Of a stretch of 64,000 nt of DNA, positions 11,893-23,633 are shown one piece after another. Source of the DNA: Azolla caroliniana (taxonomy: Eukaryota > Plantae > Polypodiophyta); contig JBHGNT010000015.1 in assembly GCA_043228905.1 (NCBI GenBank), positions 16,306,001 to 16,370,000 of the forward strand, written 5' to 3'. A program made the translations under genes and the position numbers. The notes under the pieces are model-generated. The model did not search any database and had not been told where the DNA came from. It was given only the letters and a program-made list of their open reading frames with translations. The number at the start of each line of letters is the position of its first letter. The stretch's first letter is position 1.

Positions 11893-13196
11893 AGGGCCTT
11901 TCCCAACATGACCAACCTTGTAACAACAAAAGAAATGTCAGTCTTGTCATTTGGAGATCATTCAAACATATTCATCGGCTCACTTTCCTAACCCACGTTT
12001 GGCTAATGAACCAACCACCCTTAAACTATGAATAAGCAAATACCGCAAAATTACATGTGTATCTCATATAACTCGTAGAAATAGCTATGTTGCAGTTCTG
12101 CGAGAAATGCGTGGCATATCATACACTTCATTGCTGCCAGATGTGCTGAACCAAATCTTTTTGTATGACCGATAAATTATTACAAGGATAACTTTTTTGG
12201 ATATGAGAAGTGACTTTGAGAGGCCAAAAATGCATCACCACAACATGCTGTTTTACATTGTTTCCATTCAATGTGTATAGGATAAGATGCTGAATGAGAC
12301 AATATTCAGAAATGCAAAACACCTTATGTTTTGTGGATGTATTAATACATGCATAAAGGTAATTCGTAATATACGTAATATATAAACTAGTTTATAATAC
12401 ACATAAACTAGTTTATAATACACGCAATTCAAAAAAGATGTGGAAGAATAATCTAAATAGAAATCTTCAGTGGCTAATATTGAAGCTTTCATTACTTATA
12501 GGAACATGGAAGGTATGCAACACATTTGTTAAAACCAAACATGTTTGCGTTAAATTAAAAATAAAGCTAGGGTTTAAGTTGAGTTTCCATCGTAACTCGT
12601 AGCTTGAAGGGGGATTGGTCATTGATAGCTACACAACACCAATGCCCACTACATTACAACACAGATTTTATTTTATTTCGATTTTCTAAATTTGAATACT
12701 GAAATTCGATGTTTGAAGAGCTCCTTGTATTGATGGCTAAAGGTTCTGTTTAAGAAGTAATTTTGTGAACCATTGAGCAATTATTTATGCAATTTTGTAG
12801 CCTTTGGATACCTTCCCTTTGACACTCGAATAACTTTCTACCCTACCAATGGTCTATCTAGTATCATGTCATTTCAACACCTTAGAAGGTTTATCCGATA
12901 CAATAACAAGTAACTGTTCACAACCTCATCAACAAATGTAAGACCATTGAAGGGTATGTGCAATTTTTACAATTATTAATTTGGTTTACCTTCCAACTGA
13001 CCTTAAAACATTCCTCATGCCAATAATGGAGTGTTTTCTAGTTACCTTACCACCATATTGATTGTGTTCGCACCACAAATGCCACCCCAAAACTGTACTA
13101 CGATAAAGCCATCTCATTGGCGGTACAATAACAAAAACTTGTGAAAAACATATTCTTGGGATCTACCTTTTAAATTCATCGCTGATAAGATTAGAG

Positions 13197-13234
<38 letters not shown>

Positions 13235-15117
13235 GATATAAGTCAACGATAATTAATGAGATGAGATGAGAAAATAATAAATAAACAGAAATGATTAAAA
13301 GTGATAGGTTCCATAATTTGAACTTCATTATATCTAATACATACATTGCAAGTCAAAGAGAATACCAAACTGCAACACATACTTCCCAAAAAAGCTTTGG
13401 AAAACAAGGGGGGACTCTAAATCTATGTTCTTACAGAAATCTGAATTGTCACATGACTTTCCTCACCATGTGACTATGTACAATGAACATACAAAGTTTG
13501 CAATCATAGTTTATCAATGCATTTTATAATTTAAAGTTATACAAACCCAAGGGATGCCAAATACTAATAAATCCAAGATCCAACCTTGGGAGAATCCCAT
13601 AATGTAAGAAAATAGTCATGCACTCTTAAGATGCTGGATTGTCGTCATGTAGGGAATATCAAATTCATCACCAATAGATACTAATGAAAACAATTAGCCA
13701 CAATATTTTTAACTTACAAGAATACGCCTAAAGGATCATACCATCTTATGGTGAATATGTATTCAAGAGTTATTTTCAAAAGAAATTCATATTTGATGTT
13801 GAAGTACCACTCACATAAAAAACAAAATCAATCATTAGATCACACATATCTCTAACTTAGGCATCAATCAAATTGTTTTGATTCTTTTGCCTCATTGATA
13901 CCCTTGGTAGCATTGAACTTTGGGAAATCCAATTCTATGGGTTACGTATAGGTAGCATAACATATATACAAGAGAATAATGATGTGCAAGTATAATCAAA
14001 GTTGAACTCCACATGTAGTATTAAGTTAACTATCAAGATTTTCCAACATGTGAAAGATCTGTTTGTGGATGTTCTCCTTGTCCTTTCTTATTGTAAGATA
14101 TACGTGTTTCCCTTTTCATATGTTTATAATGAGAATATCAACACAATCCTACATATGATAAAAATTAATCTTACCCTTGATGAAGATGGTTGGTAAGTGC
14201 TACAAGGAAGTATGTTACGAGCATACACGTAACTACAATAAAAAAGTGGAACTATGCTTAGAGAGAGCTGGAGAGCATACAAGGTTATGGTTCATTCATC
14301 TATAAAGGCTTGCGATGTTTTTGGTTTGTCTACCGCCCTTATTTGTTGGTAGCAATGGTTTGATGTCGCCTTCTCAAAGGTGCATTCCTACACGAAGTTA
14401 TGAGCTTGTCATAGGCAAGACGATAATTTTAGAAAAATCATACAAAGGTATCGAGCAAAACCATCGGTTTTGTGCGTGCATCTATCCAAACCCCGTTTGG
14501 TAGGGAGTGTCAAATTTGTTCGATGCAACCATTCATCTTTTGGCACAACATCAAACAACAAGGAACGTGGAAAACGTGAGTGGGGGAGCATTTTTATTTG
14601 CTTGATAAATATTGGGATTGGGAGCAGGAGCAGATGTTGCAAAGCTAGAAGACCAACACGGGAGTGCTTTGGGAGGGTGTGCACCCCCCCGACCGACAAT
14701 TTGGCCTACAGTACCGAACAATAGACAGAAGCATGTGGGCACTGCTGCGCACGAAGGAGTCCAATGCGAGGATGTAGCTGTGGAGGTAGTCCGAGGGCTT
14801 CCCGAAGAAGACTCGATCCTAATGGCCCGAATGATTCAATGTTACCGAAGAATGATTTGGTTAGAGTTTCCTTGATTTTACCGGCCTAAGTGTGGGGGAG
14901 TTTCTCTCGTATCGTCGGGTCTCAAGGTGTGGTGACTGGTGGTGAGTTGTGGGGTTGGAGAGCCAAAGGCCTAATAGTAATAACTTTATAAGTATACCAT
15001 GGGTCCATCCATCATGTTATGGGGACTCCAAAGTAAGGAAAAAGAGCAGCCATTGAAATTGCATATAAAAACACTTGTTCTGTTTCTCTCTTTTGTTCTA
15101 TTGTTTGTCTTGACCTA

Positions 15118-15118
<1 letters not shown>

Positions 15119-15179
<61 letters not shown>
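15119..15179. repeat. (CA)~30 microsatellite upstream of the SERAT gene
   Basis: Directly visible. Confidence 0.95.
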
Positions 15180-15181
<2 letters not shown>

Positions 15182-15399
15182 AACAGAATAGAAAAGAAAA
15201 CAAATTGCTCTGTTCTGCCCTGTTCTCTTCTTCTTCTTCTTCTTCTCCTTTATTTTTTTCACATCAAATCCTAGGTTTTCTGTTGACCTAATTCTGGAAT
15301 TTGTGTTATTAGCAACCCCTCCTCCCCTTCCCCTTCCCCTTCCCTGTTTTTGTTTTTGTTTTTGTTTTCTTTTTGACATCATTTCAGGGGAAATTGAGA

Positions 15400-15427
15400 A
15401 TGGCTCTAGTCTCCGAGAATGGCTATG
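15400..15427 (+). CDS. SERAT: Serine O-acetyltransferase, first coding micro-exon (MALVSENGY)
   Basis: ATG at 15400 and donor G|GTAAGA at 15427/15428 (phase 1). It joins acceptor TTCAG|AC at 15540 in frame, supplying the ATG that ORF 15548-16366 lacks. Confidence 0.7.
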
Positions 15428-15539
15428 GTAAGATTCTTCTGCACAAACACATACATACACATTCTCTCTCTGTGTGTCTCTTTATGTATTAGAATGAATG
15501 AGTGAATGAATGTGCTTGGTACACATTGATATGATTCAG

Positions 15540-16366
15540 ACCAAGGCTTGACCAAAGAAGGATTGTGGGATAAGATGCTGCGAGAGGCGGAGCATGTCGC
15601 GAGCGCGGAGCCTGTCCTATCGGATCGTCTCCACTCGGCCATACTATCCCATCCATCGCTGACCCATGCCCTAGCGCGCTGGCTCGCTGCCAAGCTCGCC
15701 GATTCATCCATGACTTCTCAATCACTAGGAGAGCTTTTCTATGAGGTCCTCCAATCCAGTGATGAGGTTATGGATGCTGTTGTGAAAGACATGGAAGGTG
15801 TTCTGGAAAGGGATCCAGCTTGCCCTTCCTACTGCCATTGCTTCCTCAACTTTAAAGGCTTCCAGGCATGCCAAGCCTACAGAATTGCGCATTCTCTGTG
15901 GGAGAAGGGGCGGCGGGAGGTCGCGTGGGCCCTGCAGAGCCGCGTCTCGGAGGTGCTCGGGGTGGACATCCACCCGGCCGCGAGGATCGGGAGGCGCGTG
16001 CTTCTGGACCATGCCACGGGGATCGTGATCGGGGAGACCGCGGTGGTGGGCGACAATGTGGCCATCTTGCACGGGGTCACATTGGGGGGCACCGGGAAGC
16101 ACGGAGGCGACCGGCACCCGAAGATCGGGAATGGCGTGCTCATCGGGGCCGGGGCCACCATCATCGGTAACATACGCGTGGGCGACGGCGCCAAGATCGG
16201 CACTGGGGCGGTGGTCCTCACGGACGTGCCGGCCATGGCCACGGCCGTCGGCATCCCCGCCCGCCTCGTGGGCGGGAAAGAAAGGCCCACCTTGCTCCGC
16301 GAGCATTCCAGCCACACCATGGACCATGTCGCCTATGTTCTCGATTGGTCGGACTACGTTATCTAG
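15540..16366 (+). CDS. SERAT: Serine O-acetyltransferase (SAT/CysE family), main exon; ~284 aa spliced
   Basis: Motifs ERDPAC, NFKGFQACQAYRIAH, VDIHPAARIG, DHATGIVIGETAVVG and VTLGGTGK..GDRHPKIG hexapeptide repeats. C-terminal WSDYVI tail is typical of plant SERATs. Confidence 0.97.
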
Positions 16367-16732
16367 TGTTTTTATTTATTTATCGCGATGTAGGGTTGTT
16401 TCGCACTCGGAGACAACGCGAAGCCGGTGGTGTGGCATGTACTATTGTGAGCCTGATCATAGGATTCATCACTCCATGTATTATGATTGGAGCAAGTAAG
16501 GTAAAGTAAGTAAGCAAGCAATCAAGCATCCCTATTAATATACATACTACACTCCTAAATACAACTACTACTAGTGTTGAGGGATACTAGTAGCAAGTGG
16601 GTATATGAATTTGAGTTTTGATTTTTTAGATTTCAATAATGGGATGGAACAGCTTAACATACTTTTCTTTGACATCTCCCTTCTTTGTTTTTCTTTTTTA
16701 TTGTTATATATACGTTTGTTATGGGTGCTTGT

Positions 16733-17003
16733 TGGGTATCGGCAACCGCTCGGCTCAAGCCCAAACCTAACCGATTTAGGCTGTTCGGTTTAGGCTTGAG
16801 CTTTCTTAACCGGTTTGAGATCATTTTGGGATGGCTCAAGCCTAACCGAACCGATTTGAGCCAAACTGGTTTCCAAGACAGTTAAGGCTTTGATCGACTT
16901 GGCTAAATCGGTTTCTAAACCGGTTAGGTTCAGGTATGGAAACTCTGAAACCGGTTTAGGCTTAACCGGTTTCTTGTCCAAACCGAACCGCTGCCGATTT
17001 GTA
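16733..17003. mobile_element. Non-autonomous hAT element (MITE-like, 271 bp)
   Basis: Perfect 8-bp TSD GTGCTTGT (16725-16732 and 17004-17011). Imperfect TIRs TGGGTATCGGCAAC / GCTGCCGATTTGTA, with dense AACCG/CGGTT subterminal motifs. Confidence 0.85.
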
Positions 17004-17839
17004 GTGCTTGTTTTCACACCTCTTTTACAGAAGATCTAGCTACCTTGAAAGCCGGCACTACCCAACCCTACCTTAAAAGATCAATGGTAGATTCAAATGG
17101 ATTTTAGGAAACCAAGCACTTCATTGGCCTGCTAACTTCTTTGCATAACCAAATATGTTTCCGTCGGCCTAACATTTTTGGTTTTTCACATCATGACACA
17201 AACAAACCTGTAACTTTTTATTGTCATATTTGGGCTCACTCCAACTGAATCTGATAACCATCTTGCTATAATTGCACTCCGAGAACACACCGACTAGTTT
17301 ATGAGAAACTTGGAAAACTTTTGCGTGCATTGTAAGTTTGTTCAGATTCTATCGAGACACAGACCTACATCTGGAAGTGCCAAAAACTTTTTTTTACTAT
17401 TCATCATATTTGGGCTCACTTTGCTCTGATCTGTTCATCCTTCTTCTAATAGCACTTTAAAAACACAATTAGGTTGTCAGTGTATTGGAAAACTTTTGCA
17501 TCCATAGACAATTTGTTATTGATATCTCCAATGCCAAGGTTATGTTTGTGAAGTCTCATAATATTTACAAACCCATGCAATGTGTATAGTGATGAGCCAA
17601 TTGAAACACTAGATAACCACCTTGCATATCTTGGGCTTGAGGTTCTCACCAATCTTAAATAGAATGAATGTAGCACTTGTTGCTTAGAAGCGTGAGAGAG
17701 ATTACTATCCATTGGGAGTTTATGTAGTAAAGGAAAATTTAGATGGGTTCTCTCCTTGACACTCTAGTGACTTTTCCACATCTTAGATTGTCTTTTCCGC
17801 ATCTTTATGGAGTTGAGATAAGGGAGGTGGTATTATAAG

Positions 17840-18610
17840 TCAACTTGGCAAGAGTAGGAAATCAACCAGAAGCATTTTATGAAGATTCTTGAATTGATAC
17901 ATATATGAATGCTTATATTTTCCTAAGGAAGTTCGTATTGACAAAATCCTAGGATGATTTTTTGTTTTAGGCAATGCTTCATATCTTGAAACCCATGAAT
18001 CAGTGAGGAGAATCTTGAATTTCTTTACTTCTTTAGATTGAAGCATGCTTTCTTGAGGATCATGTATAGAAAGGGTCGTTAAGTATATTCAATACGTTCA
18101 AATAAATCCCTCATTTGACTTCTTATCACAATAAGTAAAATGGTGGCTTTTGATACATACCTTAATGAGCACTTTGTAGATATATGAAAGAATTCAAGAT
18201 ACCAAGTGAAAATATCTTGCTATTTCTTAAAATTGTGGGGTGATAAGCCATTTGCATGTGGGAAATAGAAATTCAACTTTTGTTTACTAGGAGTATTGGT
18301 TTTAAGCAAGGATGTTCACCATAGGCTAGGCCCTAGCTCATAGATTGTAATTGCTCACCAACAGACATTAAAAAAATATCTAGCTATTTATCTACCTTCT
18401 GTTTATGCATTAATAAGAATACCTTCTTCATCTCAACATTTCGACCATTCAGAATGTATCGAGTAATTATGCAGCCTCAAATAGCTACAAGGCAAAACTT
18501 GCCAAAACTTTGATAAATACTACCAAAGAGTATGCACAATAGGACAATGAATAAATCTACTAATGTGTACCATCTTCCAATAGCATGATACAAAAGAAAT
18601 ATGTGCCATA
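17840..18610 (-). pseudogene. Possible heavily decayed hAT-type transposase remnant
   Basis: Minus-strand fragments YFFCIMLLEDGT (~18570-18605; resembles hAT F-S-I-x-x-D-E-S-T-D) and KILLTDSWVSRYEAL (resembles the TRW-x-S-R motif) occur in the expected order. Many stops and frameshifts. Confidence 0.3.
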
Positions 18611-19766
18611 TCCCAATCCTCTCATGCTTAAGGTTGAACCTAATGGTTACCCCCCAATATATTACTTTCCAAATAAATACCTTTTGAATGAAAAGGTAAT
18701 TGAGAATGCCTGCTACATTATGACATTTTCCACTAGGAATCAGACTTACATACATTCCATTCCATCTTTTCTTTACATGAGAGCCAAGGTAATGAAATCA
18801 TGGATTGATGATACAATATATTCATTGTGATCAATGGCAACAATATGCCCCCCTTCAAACACCAATCCACCCAAGTTGTATTATATGTTGGCATTAGTAA
18901 AGATCCATGCAATAAAGCTATGCTTTTTGAAACTTCCCAAATAATGCCATAATTTGGGGGAACACATTATGAGCTTTTAGCATCATCAAGTTCTAACAAC
19001 CTTTGAGATTCAATATCAACCACATCAGCCAACACTATCTCCTCTAATCGAGCAACGATCTCAATTTCTCTTTTCCTTTATAGTATACCAATCTAGAAGA
19101 AACAAGTAATTCCTTTGGTAACGAATTACATTGTTGTCAACTACATGATGGTGCCCCTTCAAAATATGATAAAGATTTTTGCAAGATTATGGAACATAGG
19201 ATGCAAGGTACAAAAAACTAATAAAAACAAAATCCTCTCATGTGGCTAGGTGCTTGACATTAGCAAATGGTTTCAGAGATGGGAAGAAAACGATCTATTA
19301 GATCATTCAAATAATGCTTCGAAGTATGTGATCATTGAAGATAGATTGCTATAAACACTAAGGATGAAGTGGTAAGATTCTAAAATGTCAAAATTGAAAT
19401 ATTGGCCCATTACAAGGAAAAAATGCCAAAAACACGAGGACATTTGAAATAGGTAATATGTTGCATTCTCTTTTTTACTTCTTGGGGAGATGTTAAAAAA
19501 TGGCTTATTTCAATACAATTTCACAATGGTATGACACATGCGTACATGGTTTTTTAAAACATACCAAAATTTTCAACTAATTATTTTCATGACAAGAAAA
19601 TCAATGGTTTTATATTCCATATATGATGTTTTTTTATCCATTTTTGAGATAAGGAATGGAATTCCATTCAAGCTTAATTGTATTAACCCCGATTTTGCAG
19701 AATATGAAAATAGTACCCCATTGAACAAATTTTACAATGCTAAATTTATGTCTATTTATATAGAAC

Positions 19767-21219
19767 GTGTCTCTAAGTATTAAATGCAATAAGTCGAGAG
19801 GAGGATTGAGTTTGATTGATCCCCTCTCACAATCCAAAGCCCCACTCGCCAAATTTGTGGTGCAAGGACTCCAACCAAGGGATGATTGTTGGAAAATGCT
19901 ACTGGGTTACGTTTCACTTACTTTAAGCCACGAAAAAGGACCAATTGCCCCCCCCAAATGGGATGGATTCTAAACATGGATCTCAAACCAAGTTCTCACG
20001 TCAATTGGAGAATAGATTTAGTGCATCTATGTGGAAGGCGTCACGGTGTGACATAAGACGAGGGCTCAAGCGCAATCAACCTAATTCCAAACCTGATTGG
20101 CTCAGTCAATGCATCATATGGAACCCATATATTAGAGATGAATCTCGACAACTACTTGGATCAAGTAAGAGGTTGCCATGGGGATGTATCACAGAAGGTC
20201 CACGAAAGAGTATAGAATGTTGGAGATGGTTTATGTCAATGCCAATACAAGATCAAGCCAACATACTCCATGGGATCAGGGGTGGATGGACTATGAGATA
20301 TGAAATTATTAACGCTCTATTGCTTAAGGAAGCTGCTAATCGAAGGACGACAATAGAGAAGTGGATAGGCTATGAGGAGGAGGGCTCTATGATCCCAAGA
20401 GGTAGGGAAACACCATACAAGATCGAAGGCCATGAACTGCGAGACAATGAGACACCAACATTGAATATGGCAATTCGAGTACTCACATATACTAGTCATA
20501 AATGGATTGTAGATCCTGATCTGATCAAAGTACAATTAGAATGGCACATATGCACTCATGAAAACACATGGCTACGTAAGGTTAGTTCTAGGGATCCTTT
20601 GCAATGGATGTGGCGTGATCCTTATGCGGGTCAAGGAAGCAAAACCATCCCTTTCTTCCAATTCACGACTAGATTGGGTCGCCACATTCTAGCTGCTTAA
20701 ACTGATTGAGAGCTGGATACTACAAACGTATGAGACACATATCATGTTCCTCATACAACTATCACTACGTTTTGGCAGAAACTTTGGAAACAACAACATG
20801 ATAGGTGAATTAACACATTCCAATGGCTATTAATACATAAGTCACTACTAGTTGGAACGTGGCAATGTGGGAACCTTAGCTCTCCTAATTATGTAGCGTG
20901 CCCAAATGTAACATAATAAATCCGACACGCCTTGTGGAATTGCCTAGAGACTCATCAAATATGGCGAGGGGTTGGCCGCTTATTGCAATTATGCCAAGTG
21001 CAAGGCATAATCAAGTGGGGAAATGTATGTTGGTCATCATGGCAAACCCCAAATGATAGGTACGAACATCAGGAGGACGGGAGGGCTTTGGTGATAAAAG
21101 CACAAGAGGTTCTTTTTTCCACAATTGACAATATCCACTCAACTCCTATTAATGCCAAATCTCAAGTTTTGTTTGAATTGATCAGCCCAATAACTCTTTG
21201 GACTTTATGGAAGCAACGA
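19767..21219 (+). mobile_element. LINE (L1-like) ORF2 3' fragment, decayed
   Basis: KSRGGLSLIDP..APLAK (post-RT GGLG motif), FWQKLWK..FQWLLIH..HALWNC..IW (zf-RVT) and LWTLWKQRC. Interrupted at 21220 by an LTR. Confidence 0.8.
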
Positions 21220-21773
21220 TGTCACGAAGATTCACGCGTCACACGTGCGTGGCAAGCACCAGGCCTCTATCCACAAGTGGTGATGAGGATCGAAAGGATC
21301 GTTCAAGACAATAAACCACAACTTATCTTTGAATAGAATATATATCTTGAAACACTAACTTATAACTCATAATTCACAACTTACCTTTGATTATTATGAA
21401 CTTAAATTATCTTTGATTACAATGATTTACATGAACTTACACCTCATAATTTCACTTCTTCCCGAGAATCCCCCCCCTTCCCCCCTTTTACATAAGAAAA
21501 CAGGCCCTTTCTATAGGGTCTCACATGCAGTAAGAGCTTAAGAGCATGATGCCACTTGTCTCTCATGCTTTGCTTACATATAATGATCATTTGACAATAT
21601 TATTAGAAATATACAAAATTTATATATAAAATAGTTTATACTAGTGGTATTTACATTCTTTTATAAAAGAATGGTGTTGAGCTCAAAATTCGTCTCCTTC
21701 ATGATACTTCTAAAATGCGTAAATTATTTGGTTTGGAAGAGGTTTCCCATCGTGTGCCATTGGCAACACGACA
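21220..21773 (-). mobile_element. Probable 3' LTR of a minus-strand Gypsy-like element
   Basis: TGTCACG...ACGACA termini. The adjacent TCCACCCCC reads as a PPT (GGGGGTGGA) on the minus strand, preceded by PVFGCIP/LDAYQRMH-type terminal coding remnants. No partner LTR found. Confidence 0.5.
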
Positions 21774-22714
21774 TCCACCCCCACCAAACTGATGCATCCT
21801 CTGGTATGCATCCAAAAACCGGGTGCTTCTTCTAATTAGCCGATCCTTTTCTTCGAGATGGGAGATGGAAATGTTGGCAATACAACCTCCTCTGTTTAGT
21901 TGAACATCCCACCATCTTGATGCACACTCACAACACCAACATTATCACTACATCCCAAACCATCTTAACATTTTCTAGATTATCCTCAATATTATCAACC
22001 TTAATCTCATCCTTCCCACACATACTCACAACATCAACATTATCATTATACAAATCCCAAATCATATTTTCGTGATTATCCTTATACTCTTGTTATCATT
22101 ATTTAAATCAACATGGACATATTTTTGTAGAATATCCTCATCATTGCAAACCCATATTCCATTTTCATAATGGATGTCCTCATGAATGTCACCATTTGAT
22201 TTAGTGAAACCCTTATAAAATCTATCACGAAGAAAACCAAGGCAGCCTAAAACACACAATTCCTCTTCATCACTCTCACCCTCATCATTACCCTTGTCAT
22301 AACCATATCCACAGAAAGTACACAACTTTTTATCATCATAACCCTCACTGTTCTGATGGCACTACTATCATCAAGCCCTAAATCGTGTGTATCGTTATTA
22401 TAATCACGTTTAAATGTAAGTTTTTGTCTCTTCCTAACTTCTTCTCTTCTTCATGGCTCTCATTAAACCTATCATATTCGTCGTCACAATTTAAACCATG
22501 AGAGTCTTGATCCCAACTACTCTCACCATCACGACTTTCGTCGAGTGCTTTTTCATTAGCACAACCATGAAGAGCTCGACCTTGATTTCTCCTCTTGTGT
22601 TTATAGTAATCTTTGTCACGATCATAACCTTGTATATCTCGAGCACTCCTTGTGAGTTTGCAATGATCTTTGTCTTGATCAGAACCGTCTAGATCTCGAT
22701 CTTTCCCCTCATGC

Positions 22715-23430
22715 CCACATTCTTCATTGCATGTCTCTTCACGACCACATCCTTGAGTATCTTGGTCTTTCCCCTCGAACCCACGTTCTTCGCCATGTCT
22801 CTTCACAACCACATCCTTGAGTATTTTGGTCTTTCCCCTTCAACCCCATTTCTTCATTGCATGTCTCTTCACGACCATATCTTTCTTCGTCGCATCTCTC
22901 TCTTCTCTTGAGTTTGCAATGATCTTCATGATGACCATAGATATGTCGATCATGAATTCTCCCTTCAAGACCACGTTCTTTGTCACATGTCTCTCTTTTG
23001 TTGATTTTGCAACGATCTTCATAACGAACATAGGTGCCATGTCGATCTCGATCTATCCCTTTAAGACCATGATCTTTGTCGCATGCCTCTTCAAGACCGC
23101 AATCGTGAACATATCGATCTCTCTTGTCAAGCCCACATTCTTCTTCACAACCGCATCCTCGAATATCTCGTTCTTTTGTTTTGAACCCATGTTCTTCATC
23201 ACATGTCTCTTCACGATCACATCCTCGAATATCTTGATCTTTTGTCTTGATGCCACATTCTTTGTGGCATGTCTCTTCACGATCACGCCCTCGAATATCT
23301 TCATCTACCCTCGTGAGCCCATGTTCTTCGTTGCGTTTCTCTTCACAACCACATCCTCGAATATCTCCATCTTTCCTTATGAGCCCACATTCTTCGTTGA
23401 ATGTCTCTTCATGACAATAATCATGAACAT
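22715..23430 (-). repeat. Degenerate 66-bp tandem repeat with 22-aa coding periodicity
   Basis: Unit CCACATTCTTCATTGCATGTCTCTTCACGACCACATCCTCGAATATCTTGATCTTT... The minus frame reads repeats such as EETCHKECGIKTKDQDIRGCDR. Confidence 0.75.
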
Positions 23431-23633
23431 CTCAATCATCTTCATCTTCGTCACTGTCGAGCAAACCATGAAAATGGGGATCTTCAGCTTAAAGGTCAAT
23501 ATTTTTTCACCAAACTCACTGAAATCCATAAAATGAGTATTTCTTAGCAAAAAACGTGGTGAGAACTACATAAAATGAAGGTCTAACTATGTAAATTCTG
23601 AAAACTAGTGGAAATGAGTAACGAGAATCCGAT

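Noticed and set aside
14210-14940. GC-richer island between the two genes, possibly an LTR or other TE fragment
   Set aside because: No termini, TSD, partner repeat or protein motif could be identified by eye.
15548-16366. Horizontally acquired bacterial cysE, suggested by high GC and a nearly intronless ORF
   Set aside because: Plant-type motifs (NFKGFxACQ, C-terminal WSDYVI) and a spliceosomal intron are present; intron-poor SERATs are normal in plants.
15725-16499. Multiple long overlapping alternative-frame and antisense ORFs over SERAT, and likewise over Copia D and E
   Set aside because: These are expected shadows of GC-rich coding sequence and have no recognisable motifs.
22817-23536. 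239-aa hydrophobic plus-strand ORF resembling a membrane protein
   Set aside because: It is the antisense reading of the D/E/K-rich 66-bp repeat array; the F/I/T/S bias follows from TCTTC-rich repeats.
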